A stretch of 64,000 nucleotides of DNA from a bacterium (GTDB lineage Archaea > Thermoplasmatota > Thermoplasmata > Thermoplasmatales > Thermoplasmataceae). Shown piece after piece: positions 1-8,903 of the stretch. The translations under genes were made by a program, and so were the position numbers. The stretch spans positions 10,620 to 74,619 of the forward strand of contig DAICSO010000002.1 of assembly GCA_027368075.1 (NCBI GenBank), given 5' to 3'. Position 1 is the first letter of the stretch. Each line of letters begins with the position of its first letter. The notes beneath the pieces were generated by a model. It had not been told where the DNA came from. It did no database searches and was given only the letters and a program-made list of their open reading frames with translations.

Positions 1-289
1 TGACCTTTGGCCTGTTTGAGTCCTCGGGATTCGGGAATACAAGAATATCCTCCAGATCTTCCTTTGGCAGGAAATCAACCATAGACTGCGCAAGCATTGA
101 TTTTCCAGTTCCCGGGTCTCCTATAAGCAGTACGTGTCGCTTCTGGAGAGCAGCCTTCTTTACTACGTCCCCTGCACTCTCCTGCCCGATGACCTGGTCA
201 AAAAGAATTGAAGGCACCTTAACATCCTTGGTTGTAGTGATCTGTAACCTGTTTACATAATCATCAACATTTTCGACCGTATCTTCCAC
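1..289 (-). CDS. lonB: Archaeal Lon protease (LonB), N-terminal part; runs off the window edge
   Basis: Manual translation from GTG at 289: [76 protein letters not shown] plus Walker A GDPGTGKS is typical of LonB. Not in the ORF track. Confidence 0.9.
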   Translation of the reverse strand, partial: MEDTVENVDDYVNRLQITTTKDVKVPSILFDQVIGQESAGDVVKKAALQKRHVLLIGDPGTGKSMLAQSMVDFLPKEDLEDILVFPNPEDSNRPKV

Positions 290-467
290 AAGTACGTATC
301 GAAATTCAATAATTAAGCCTTTTCAATACTCAATCAATATTGCATAACCTGATGATCCAGGTACATACTATGATTATTTAGCGCCTATGGGCTTGAAAAA
401 CACGCTTCTCAAAATACTGGACAACTTGAAAAAATATGGATTTGTTTGGGAAACGGTATGCTGAAAA

Positions 468-824
468 TTAACCTATTTCCACGGCAAAAATCTTTTTCTG
501 GGTGAACATTGCCTTCATTGCCCGTACTTCATCTACAACGTCCGGATTGATCTTGAAATATTTGAATCCGTTTTTAGTCTGTTCCGCCTTCACAAGCGCC
601 AGGCCAACCAGGCTTTCCTCTACTGTATACCTTACTCCCAGTCCCTCAAGACAGCCCTTCACATTTGAAGGGTCTGATTTTATCGCTCTTGATATCTCGG
701 AGAGATATGACCGGTAAGGGTATATGCTCAATAGATAAAACAGAGCTTTCCTTCGAAGCTCACTCCTGTTCAATGATCTTATCACGTTTCCGTCTGCTAC
801 CGTTTCCATAACGTTATATTCCAT
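468..824 (-). CDS. Winged-helix transcription factor, EarA (archaellum activator)/DUF1495 family
   Basis: RSLNRSELRRK..YP..SYLSEISR.IKSDPSNVKGCL.G...RY....SLV.L pattern matches the EarA family as I recall it. Confidence 0.75.
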   Translation of the reverse strand: MEYNVMETVADGNVIRSLNRSELRRKALFYLLSIYPYRSYLSEISRAIKSDPSNVKGCLEGLGVRYTVEESLVGLALVKAEQTKNGFKYFKINPDVVDEVRAMKAMFTQKKIFAVEIG

Positions 825-842
825 AAACTATATTTAAGACTT

Positions 843-923
843 TTTGTCAGACAAACAACCGATACGTTATACTACACCTTAATTGCACAATCTACCTACA
901 TAAGGGTTTATTAGTCAGACAAA
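843..923. promoter_or_regulatory. Two copies of palindromic operator-like motif TT(T/A)GTC-A-GACAAA upstream of the EarA-like gene
   Basis: TTTGTCAGACAAA at 843-855 (perfect inverted repeat, 1-nt spacer) and TTAGTCAGACAAA at 911-923. Confidence 0.5.
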
Positions 924-1023
924 ATTTAATCGAAATTACCTGATTGATCGTACCTCACTGCCTGGTCTGCTTCCTTTTGGATTCGCCTGCCTCGTCCATT
1001 GGGAGAGACAAGGGAATGCGATC

Positions 1024-1938
1024 TTACGGGACTGGGGAAAGCCACTTCCTGTACTTCTCGATCTTGCCGGTCACCGTATCATTGTATAACTTTGCAAGGT
1101 TTTCCGTGACCTCCCCCGGCACCCCACCGGAGATGACCATTCCGTCCACCTCAAGGATAGGTGTGACTTCTGCGGCAGTTCCCCCGAAGAAAAGTTCGTC
1201 AGCTGTGTAAAGCTCCTCCCGGTGCACAAATCGTTCCGTCACGTGCAGCCCGATGTCGGAAGATATGTTCATTATTGTATCCCTCGTGATGCCGATCAAT
1301 ATGTCTGAATCCCTCCCCGGCGTGATAAGATCCTTTCCTGTTACCATGAATATGTTTTCACCTGGACCCTCGGTAACATATCCCGATGGGCTTGTAAGAA
1401 TGGCTTCATCATAACCAGCCGAGACGGCCTCCCTGTTCGCGAGAACTGAATTAAGGTAATTTCCGCTGGCCTTGGCTTCAATTGGAAGGAAAGCCGATCC
1501 CGGTCTGTGCCACGAAGATACTTTGCAGCGCAGCCCCTTAGCCTTTGACTGTGAAAAATAGCTCTTGTATGGCACAGCTGCAATGTATATGCTTATTTTC
1601 TTGTCCTTTGTTCCGAGACCTATCCTGTCATCGTTGTAAAATGCAAATGGGCGGATGTATGCGTCTGTCAGTTTGTTTACCGATATGACATCCTTTATGC
1701 CCGTTACAATTTCCTCCTTCGTGAAACTGGTTTTCATGGAATAAATTTTCATTGATCTGAAAAAACGATCAACGTGATCTCCAAGCCTGAATATTGATGC
1801 TGAAGTTCCTGTGTTGTAGCTCCGGATACCCTCGAAAATACCGCTCCCATACTGGAGAGAATGCGTGAGAATCGGAACGGTTGCCTCGCTGTATTTTACT
1901 ATTTCTCCGTCAAGCCAAACCCAGGTTTCATTATCCAT
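1024..1938 (-). CDS. ilvE: Branched-chain amino acid aminotransferase (class IV PLP)
   Basis: THSLQYGSGIFEGIR, AKASGNYLNS, EGPGENIF, ILIGITR, GTAAEVTP. Start placed at ATG 1938 (MDNETW). Confidence 0.93.
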   Translation of the reverse strand: MDNETWVWLDGEIVKYSEATVPILTHSLQYGSGIFEGIRSYNTGTSASIFRLGDHVDRFFRSMKIYSMKTSFTKEEIVTGIKDVISVNKLTDAYIRPFAFYNDDRIGLGTKDKKISIYIAAVPYKSYFSQSKAKGLRCKVSSWHRPGSAFLPIEAKASGNYLNSVLANREAVSAGYDEAILTSPSGYVTEGPGENIFMVTGKDLITPGRDSDILIGITRDTIMNISSDIGLHVTERFVHREELYTADELFFGGTAAEVTPILEVDGMVISGGVPGEVTENLAKLYNDTVTGKIEKYRKWLSPVP

Positions 1939-2027
1939 GCTGATCGCACATACTATCACTTCGAGGTATATCTGATTTCATGGCAGGAATTGCGAATTTA
2001 ATTATAGCGAGATTGAAATATGGAAAG

Positions 2028-3116
2028 GTGTCCTTCACAACAGGAAACAACATCAGGTTCACAATCTTCGGAGAGTCGCACGGTCCGGCAATCGGTGGTG
2101 TGCTGGATGGTCTGCCTTCTGGTTTTGAGATAAATACTGGAGAGATAGCTAAGTGGATGGATAGGCGAAGACCAGGCCAGAGTGAGATAACCACCAGACG
2201 CAGTGAGCCTGACATGGTGAAGATAATCTCCGGCGTAACAGATGGATATACTAACGGGGGGCCGGCTGCCTTTTACATCGAGAACTCGGACGTCATGAGC
2301 GAGCATTATTCCGAGCTTGAATACAAGCCAAGACCTGGGCATGCAGACATAACCATGTATGAAAAATTCGGCAAGCACCGGCCATATGCAGGTGGTGGAT
2401 TTTCCTCAGGCAGACTGACAGCTCCACTGGTTGCAGCTGGAGCCATATGCATGCAGGTGTTGTTCAGCCATGGTGTCGGCATAATCTCCTACATCGACAG
2501 GATAGGGGATGTATTCATGGAGAATGCACCGGATTGTGATCAGGATTACCCCTACACCTTCAAGACCAGGATACCCGACGCTGCCTTGGATACAAAGGCT
2601 CATGCAGCCATAATCCGTGCCATGGGTGAAGGCGATAGCCTTGGATCATCGATACAAACCCTCGTGACCGGGATAAGGCCTGGAGTAGGTGAGCCGTTCT
2701 TCAATTCAGTGGAGAGCGAGATAGCGAAGATGATGTTTTCCATCCCGGGCATAAAAGGCGTAGAATTTGGAAAGGGATTCGGTTTCTCCTCATCTTCCGG
2801 AAGCAATGTAAAGGATGAGATGTATGTGGAAGATGGCGATATCCGGTTCAGCGCAAATAACAATGGCGGCGTCCTTGGTGGAATCTCGAACGGGATGCCT
2901 ATAACCTTCAGGGTCGCGGTGAAACCTACCTCCTCAATAAGGAAAGAGGAAAATACCGTGGATTTAAGGAGCATGACAAATTCCACCATCCGCATCCAGG
3001 GACGGCATGATCCTTGCATAGGCATAAGAGCCCTGCCCGTCGTGCAGACATCAACGGCAATTGTCCTCCTTGACCTGATGTTCGCAGGTGGTTATCTGGG
3101 AAGAATCCATTCCTAG
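2028..3116 (+). CDS. aroC: Chorismate synthase
   Basis: FGESHG, RPGHAD, GGGFSSGRLTA, NNNGGVLGGISNG, KPTSSI, GRHDPC. Likely start GTG 2028 (ORF open from 1980). Confidence 0.95.
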   Translation: MSFTTGNNIRFTIFGESHGPAIGGVLDGLPSGFEINTGEIAKWMDRRRPGQSEITTRRSEPDMVKIISGVTDGYTNGGPAAFYIENSDVMSEHYSELEYKPRPGHADITMYEKFGKHRPYAGGGFSSGRLTAPLVAAGAICMQVLFSHGVGIISYIDRIGDVFMENAPDCDQDYPYTFKTRIPDAALDTKAHAAIIRAMGEGDSLGSSIQTLVTGIRPGVGEPFFNSVESEIAKMMFSIPGIKGVEFGKGFGFSSSSGSNVKDEMYVEDGDIRFSANNNGGVLGGISNGMPITFRVAVKPTSSIRKEENTVDLRSMTNSTIRIQGRHDPCIGIRALPVVQTSTAIVLLDLMFAGGYLGRIHS

Positions 3117-4870
3117 ACTATGCTGGAAAATGGTACAAGGAAGATCAGGTACGAAATTATCAGTGCCATCGGCAGGGTACCGGCAATGGCATATTTTGCC
3201 TTACGTACTGTGGAAAGCACGTTCTCTGTTAGCTTGTGATAGCTGTTCTCCTCCCCCATCTTGATCCTGACGTCTGCGGATCCCATTCCCACCTTGGAAT
3301 AGATGACATCCCTGACCGCATCCTTGATAGTTCCAACTATCAGTTCTGATATTATATCCACGTCTCCCTTAGAGCCCAGAGGAAAAACATCCAGGGTGCT
3401 GGCGTTCACTATGTGGTTGTCCGTGGTGTATATTTCCACGTTCGATACTATGTGCCTTGATTTCTCCCTCACCAAGTCTATGGTCTCTGTTGTTATGTTG
3501 TTTGAATCTGTGAGAACAATTGCATCTATCCTGTCTCCTGTCCGGAACGCAAGCGTCTGTATACCCATTCCTGCCAGTCCAGGGAACGAGGTCTTGAGAC
3601 TGGAGAAGCCGATCATTGCGGGTGAGTTGGGTATGCTTCTCGTGAACTCCCTGGTGAATGGCTTTATCAGGTCGGCGCATTCCCGCAGTTCCTTTGCGCC
3701 CTTAGTAAAGTTGTTCTGTGCGTCTATCAGTGCAAAATCGGATGCACCATGCGTTCTTATGAATTCCATAATCCGCATTCCCTCGCCGAGCTCGACGTCG
3801 TCGAAAGGCTCCCTTTCCGGGATTATGCTTCCAAAACCAAAGTTGCCGAATCGCAACAGTGCAATGGAATACTTCCCTGCATTCAGCTTCCGGAATCTTG
3901 ACATTGTTTCCACGTACTGTGCCCTCTCGAGCGCAGCCTTTATTCCAGAAGCCAGCCGGTCGATGTCCTCATCCCCCTGGCAGTTGTTGCTGTGCGTGGT
4001 TGTGGTGTGGAATACCATCATCTCTCTGCCAAGGTCCGGCAGCCTGTCCTGAAGCCTAATGGGGAGATCACTGCAGCCCAGCCTCCCGAATGGTCCTGGG
4101 TGCACATACGGGAAGACCAGCGTAACAAGAGGCTTGTCCTCTCTTCTTATATCTATGACTTTCACCGGTACTGTTACCTCTTTCCTGTAAATTCTTTCAA
4201 AAAACTCCTTTCCGACCTCGTCCCTGTCCCCAATGGTCTTGAAATTCAGGAAAAACTGCAGCAGTTTTGTCGCGCTCACTCCATAATCCTGCGAGAAACC
4301 CGAAAGGACTATCCTTGTGAAAACCACCGCGATTATTGCACTAGCTATGGATGCAAGGATAAATGGGATTATAAGCGGATATCCACCATACAAATAAGCG
4401 AAGGACAATATTCCCGCATAGGTGTAGTTCAGTGATGGAGGGAGCAGATGACTGATCTTTTCTGAATAATAAACATAGAAGATAAGCAGCCTGAAGAAAG
4501 ACACAAATGCAATGGAAAAGAATACCTGTTCCTCTGTACCGGTGATCAGGTTCAGGATATGGACTATCCAGAATATTATCGTCCACATTCCGAAGCTGAC
4601 AAAATCGAGGTACGCGATCCTCCGCATGGGAAATACAAATTTTCCAATCCTTATGAACACCCAGTCAAATAAAAGCACAAATACGAATGAAAGAAATATA
4701 CCTATGAGGACGTCCTTCAGCGAATGAATGAGAAGGTAATCAATTCCCATTATGACCATGAGTGGAACTATGTAGAATTTCCATCCTGGTGCACCCCTGA
4801 CAAACCTTGTAAGGTCCTCTATTGATCTGTGCTTCTTAGAATCCTCGGCCAATGTCGATGATGATACCAA
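3113..4870 (-). CDS. DUF2070-family archaeal membrane protein
   Basis: About 6 N-terminal TM helices, then VHPGPFG.LG.S.LP, FHTTTTH, DAQN, DSNN, TTDNH motifs. Confidence 0.75.
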   Translation of the reverse strand: MVSSSTLAEDSKKHRSIEDLTRFVRGAPGWKFYIVPLMVIMGIDYLLIHSLKDVLIGIFLSFVFVLLFDWVFIRIGKFVFPMRRIAYLDFVSFGMWTIIFWIVHILNLITGTEEQVFFSIAFVSFFRLLIFYVYYSEKISHLLPPSLNYTYAGILSFAYLYGGYPLIIPFILASIASAIIAVVFTRIVLSGFSQDYGVSATKLLQFFLNFKTIGDRDEVGKEFFERIYRKEVTVPVKVIDIRREDKPLVTLVFPYVHPGPFGRLGCSDLPIRLQDRLPDLGREMMVFHTTTTHSNNCQGDEDIDRLASGIKAALERAQYVETMSRFRKLNAGKYSIALLRFGNFGFGSIIPEREPFDDVELGEGMRIMEFIRTHGASDFALIDAQNNFTKGAKELRECADLIKPFTREFTRSIPNSPAMIGFSSLKTSFPGLAGMGIQTLAFRTGDRIDAIVLTDSNNITTETIDLVREKSRHIVSNVEIYTTDNHIVNASTLDVFPLGSKGDVDIISELIVGTIKDAVRDVIYSKVGMGSADVRIKMGEENSYHKLTENVLSTVRKAKYAIAGTLPMALIISYLIFLVPFSSIV

Positions 4871-4914
4871 AAGCCGTTATAATAATTATTGATGCGTCCG
4901 AGATATCAGTACAT

Positions 4915-6042
4915 CTAGGCAGAACGATCTTTGTGCTTGCTTATAAGCTCCGAATAATGCTGCTCCAGCATCAGGGCATGATCCGAGGCATTGTAGTTCC
5001 CGGATACGTATTTTCTTGCCTTTCCGCAGAGATCCCGGTGTTCAGAGCTGTTTTGTTTGAGATCCAGTATTTTTCTTGCCACTTCAGACGGGTTGGAAAA
5101 ATCCACCCCTATCATGCCATTCATTGAAGAGTCTTGATTGAGAAGAGGAAATCTGTTTGATACAACAGCGGGTTTACCGCACGACATAGCTTCCAGTACC
5201 GCTATGCCGAAGGTGTCCGTATCCGATGGATGCAGGAAGATAGATGCATTGGCTAGAGCGTTCATCTTGCCGGCCTCATCCAGATATCCGGTCATGTCAA
5301 CTATGCTCTGTAGATCCATTTTCTTAATCATTCGCTTAACCTGTTCCTCTTCGGGACCGGTTCCGGAGATGACAAATTTTACACCGTCGTTTCGTGGGAA
5401 GTTGTCGGCTACGTCCAGGATGTTGTATATTCCCTTATCCTTGGTTATCCTCCCTATGTACTGCACAATGAACTTGTTCTCCCTGCTCACGCCTGGCTTG
5501 AACTTATCAGTGTGTACGAACAGGGGTAACTCGACAACGTTTGAGATCTTGTTCTTCCTGAGAAATTCAACCGCAGACGGGCTTGGTGCAGTGACGAGGT
5601 CGCAGCGATTGTAAAGGTAGATATTATACCTCCATGACAGCTCAAACAACTGCTCCCTGAATGGGACCCTGATGGAGTCTTTCATCCTTATGAAGTCCGT
5701 GTGGAAAGTGGCCATGACTGGGATTTTCTTGTGCTTTGCAACCCTGAATCCAACAGACCCCATGTAAAACGGATCATGTATGTGTATTATGTCAAGCGGA
5801 ATGGATTTAACCTTCTGGTACAGGAAAAATGGTATGGGATTCAGCGGCCACCTGTATTGTGAATAAATAAACATAGGTACGGAAGGGCTGAGAAGTACGT
5901 TGGCTTCGCTCTTGTCACCGCTCAGTGAAAACACGAATACTTCGTGACCACGATTCTCCAACTCCTTCTTCACGTCATGAAGGTAATGTGATACCCCATC
6001 TGGAGTTGGATAGTATGTTTCTGTGAAGAAACCAATTCTCAT
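4915..6042 (-). CDS. Glycosyltransferase family 4 (GT-B)
   Basis: MRIGFFTETYYP..DGVS, GRITKDKG, DTFGIAVLEAMSCGKP. Confidence 0.9.
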   Translation of the reverse strand: MRIGFFTETYYPTPDGVSHYLHDVKKELENRGHEVFVFSLSGDKSEANVLLSPSVPMFIYSQYRWPLNPIPFFLYQKVKSIPLDIIHIHDPFYMGSVGFRVAKHKKIPVMATFHTDFIRMKDSIRVPFREQLFELSWRYNIYLYNRCDLVTAPSPSAVEFLRKNKISNVVELPLFVHTDKFKPGVSRENKFIVQYIGRITKDKGIYNILDVADNFPRNDGVKFVISGTGPEEEQVKRMIKKMDLQSIVDMTGYLDEAGKMNALANASIFLHPSDTDTFGIAVLEAMSCGKPAVVSNRFPLLNQDSSMNGMIGVDFSNPSEVARKILDLKQNSSEHRDLCGKARKYVSGNYNASDHALMLEQHYSELISKHKDRSA

Positions 6043-6049
6043 CTTCTTT

Positions 6050-7123
6050 TCAGCCTTCTAGTTTCACGATCTTGAACATGCCGTATCCTATGACGACCCT
6101 TATATATTTTGGTATGACAACTGTCTGCTTAGTATTGAGATCGATATATAACTTTTTTGTATAGGTCAGTTTGTCCTGAGCAGATAGCACGATAAGATTA
6201 TCGAAGCCGAGAGCCTGCACGACGCGGGCTGAAATCTGCTTATTGCCACGCCCAAGAAGAAAGTTCTGCCCCCCAATGGGAGAGATTACCAGTTTGCATT
6301 TGCCCGTGGTCGCAACCTCAAATATCCTCTGCTCACTGATGTCTGATTCCATTAAAATTCCAGCCCTCACTAAATCAAAGCCAAGTAGGTTTGTTTCCTG
6401 GTCTAATCTTGCAATTATGGACTTGCATGTGGATCCCGGCCCGATGATATAATACGTGTCCTTATCCATGGTTTCAATGAAATAGTCAGCTATACCTTCG
6501 GTGTCACCCTGGTAAAAATCCAGCTTCGGAGAGGACACCATCCCCTGGTTTGCCGGCGTGACCAGTTCTCCATAGAACCTTGGATGCGGATGAATCGTGT
6601 CGAGTTCTTCTTCCGGAATGTCCACAATCTCTGCCTTTTCCGTCTCGGCTATTCCCTTTCCGACAACTTCCCTGGTGACATTAACGGCATGCTGGACGCT
6701 TATGGCAAAAACAGAGCTCTCCATCTTTATCCCGGCCGGAACTCCAATTACGGGGATGATAATGAAGCCTGCAGCTAGAATATCCCTCGCCGTTCCATCT
6801 CCGCCGCAGAAAATCAACAATTGCGGGTTCATTTCCATGATAGACTTAACAAAGGAGATAGTATCGCTTGCTTCTGTAGGCTTCTTTGGAAAATAGACAA
6901 TTTCATAATCCGATATTCCAGCCTCTTCCATTGCATCCGATCCCATGATGCCCCAGGGGACGAGAAAGTGTATGCCCAAGTCTCGAATTCCCTGCAGAAA
7001 TTTTTTCCCGGCACTACATGATGTGCTGGAAGCGGGGTCAATGCTGCCAACCCAGTCCGATCCCTTCTTATTCAATGAAGCTCCGTAACCCGCCCGTGGA
7101 TTTATGAAAAACCCTATCTTCAC
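6050..7123 (-). CDS. ATP/polyphosphate-NAD kinase-like protein (COG3199 type)
   Basis: FINPRAG..KGSD, GGDGTARD, GVPAGIKMESSVFA, GGQNFLLGRGNKQIS. Confidence 0.8.
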   Translation of the reverse strand: MKIGFFINPRAGYGASLNKKGSDWVGSIDPASSTSCSAGKKFLQGIRDLGIHFLVPWGIMGSDAMEEAGISDYEIVYFPKKPTEASDTISFVKSIMEMNPQLLIFCGGDGTARDILAAGFIIIPVIGVPAGIKMESSVFAISVQHAVNVTREVVGKGIAETEKAEIVDIPEEELDTIHPHPRFYGELVTPANQGMVSSPKLDFYQGDTEGIADYFIETMDKDTYYIIGPGSTCKSIIARLDQETNLLGFDLVRAGILMESDISEQRIFEVATTGKCKLVISPIGGQNFLLGRGNKQISARVVQALGFDNLIVLSAQDKLTYTKKLYIDLNTKQTVVIPKYIRVVIGYGMFKIVKLEG

Positions 7124-7178
7124 TTAGGCATAATTCAATTTAGCCATAAGTACTTGACCAATTCCGGTAAAAGGGGAG

Positions 7179-8891
7179 TCAAGAGAAATAGACGTATTCA
7201 ACCGCTGCGTCGTATTTCTGGTCCATTGCTATTATGGTCATCTCGCCGTATGCCCTTATGGGAGTGATGGAAAATGAAAAAACGGTCCCGGATGCTATGA
7301 TTGCTCCCGGCGAAATGATCATGCCAGAACCGGTGGCGGATCGAGAGAGATTTTGGAAGCTGTAGTTGTAAGAATTGTTTGCATTGGTGAATATCAACGT
7401 GCTTATGATCAGGGGGGAATCTCCTGTGTTGACGATGGAGATATTTACGGTTTCGTTATTCCTGGCTGTCAAACGTAAGGGATTTGTGTTGTTCGGGCCC
7501 ATTGTTATGAGTTGGGAATACTGTATGACCAGGACGGAAAGTTTTGAGTCTGAACTGCTACCGCCATAGTATGTCCTGAGTGTGTAATTATGGTACCCTG
7601 TGGTGTTCAGATTCCAGGTATCGAGTGTGACATTGTACTGCCCCGTACTCCCCGGAGATATGGGAGAATCTGATGAAGCGTAGAATGTGTACCCAATTGA
7701 CGGAGTAACTATGAAGGCAGGCACGATCGAGGATATTCCGGTATCGGACACCGATAGTCCAAAGGTCGCATTCACCGCAGTTCCGTTCACAATGAGGTAA
7801 TTAGGATTCTGTATGCTTGTTGATATCTGGTTCTCGCTGAGATGGAATGGGAAGGGAACTATACCTACGAAGAGCACAAGGATAGCCAGCACAGCCACGG
7901 CTCTCGATAGTGGAAGTGGGCGATAGACATTGTTGAGAGGTTCCGGGCCCCTTATGCCAAGAACGAGGACAAAGACTGCAAGAATTATCCAGGGTGGATA
8001 TGTTATGCCAAGAACGACCAGTGCAATTATTGAAACGTATGATATGTAGCGCGAATATTTACCAAAGAGTCCCACGGAAACCAGTCCCCCGTCAAGGAAA
8101 CCTGTCGGGACTGCGTTGAACGAGTTTATTATCAGCGCGACCCATCCGCTATATGCTATTATGTTTGGAACTGCAGAGACCGGATAGATAACGTTCAGCA
8201 AAAGCGGATATATCAGAGGAAGGCTCACAGTGTTTATGGGGGAATTGACCGTGGGGGTGAAGGCAGTGGAGGATGGGATCACAAAATTGCCAACAAGGAT
8301 TAGCGCAATCGACCCTATGAAACCAGCAACTACTGGAAAGGAACCAGCTTCAAGCAGTGCCCTTCTTGTCTTGAATGGATGTGATGGGAGATTGATTACA
8401 CCCATGGTTCCTATTCCAAGCGGATCGGGAATGAACATCGGCAATTCATATCTCATCCGGTTTCTCCTGAACGCAACAAACCTGGCCAGTTCTCGGAACC
8501 CAAGTACTGCCAGGATGGGAACAACAAACAGCACCAACGCTGTGGCTAGATTCTTTGCATAGTCGAGAGATCCAGTATACTGTGCCTGGTATGAATACCC
8601 TGCATACCACAGGCTTGCCACTGTAAGGGCAAGCATTGTTATCTTTATCACCCTGCGGCCCTGGTGCCTGGAGGTCCTCTTTAAGACAAAAAGTTCCTCG
8701 CCCAGAAGACCGGAGGTGAATACAACATAACCAAGGTCCGAGAGTTGGTCCACCAGCAGGGAGAATTTTTCCTCCGGGTAGGATGATAGTTCAGGTATCC
8801 TGAAATAGAAAGAAGTTCCCCTGTTCTTTGTCTCGGAAAACTCGTATAGAGAAGATATGATCTCCTTTATCCTCTCATATTCTTCATCCAT
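7179..8891 (-). CDS. Site-2 protease (M50)-like membrane protein with degenerate active site and C-terminal extracellular beta-rich region
   Basis: LPMFIP...GTMG and N..P.G.LDGG motifs present. The HExxH position reads RELAR. The C-terminus is Ser/Thr/Asn-rich with several N-x-S/T sequons. Confidence 0.75.
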   Translation of the reverse strand: MDEEYERIKEIISSLYEFSETKNRGTSFYFRIPELSSYPEEKFSLLVDQLSDLGYVVFTSGLLGEELFVLKRTSRHQGRRVIKITMLALTVASLWYAGYSYQAQYTGSLDYAKNLATALVLFVVPILAVLGFRELARFVAFRRNRMRYELPMFIPDPLGIGTMGVINLPSHPFKTRRALLEAGSFPVVAGFIGSIALILVGNFVIPSSTAFTPTVNSPINTVSLPLIYPLLLNVIYPVSAVPNIIAYSGWVALIINSFNAVPTGFLDGGLVSVGLFGKYSRYISYVSIIALVVLGITYPPWIILAVFVLVLGIRGPEPLNNVYRPLPLSRAVAVLAILVLFVGIVPFPFHLSENQISTSIQNPNYLIVNGTAVNATFGLSVSDTGISSIVPAFIVTPSIGYTFYASSDSPISPGSTGQYNVTLDTWNLNTTGYHNYTLRTYYGGSSSDSKLSVLVIQYSQLITMGPNNTNPLRLTARNNETVNISIVNTGDSPLIISTLIFTNANNSYNYSFQNLSRSATGSGMIISPGAIIASGTVFSFSITPIRAYGEMTIIAMDQKYDAAVEYVYFS

Positions 8892-8903
8892 GGTGGTAAC
8901 CCG

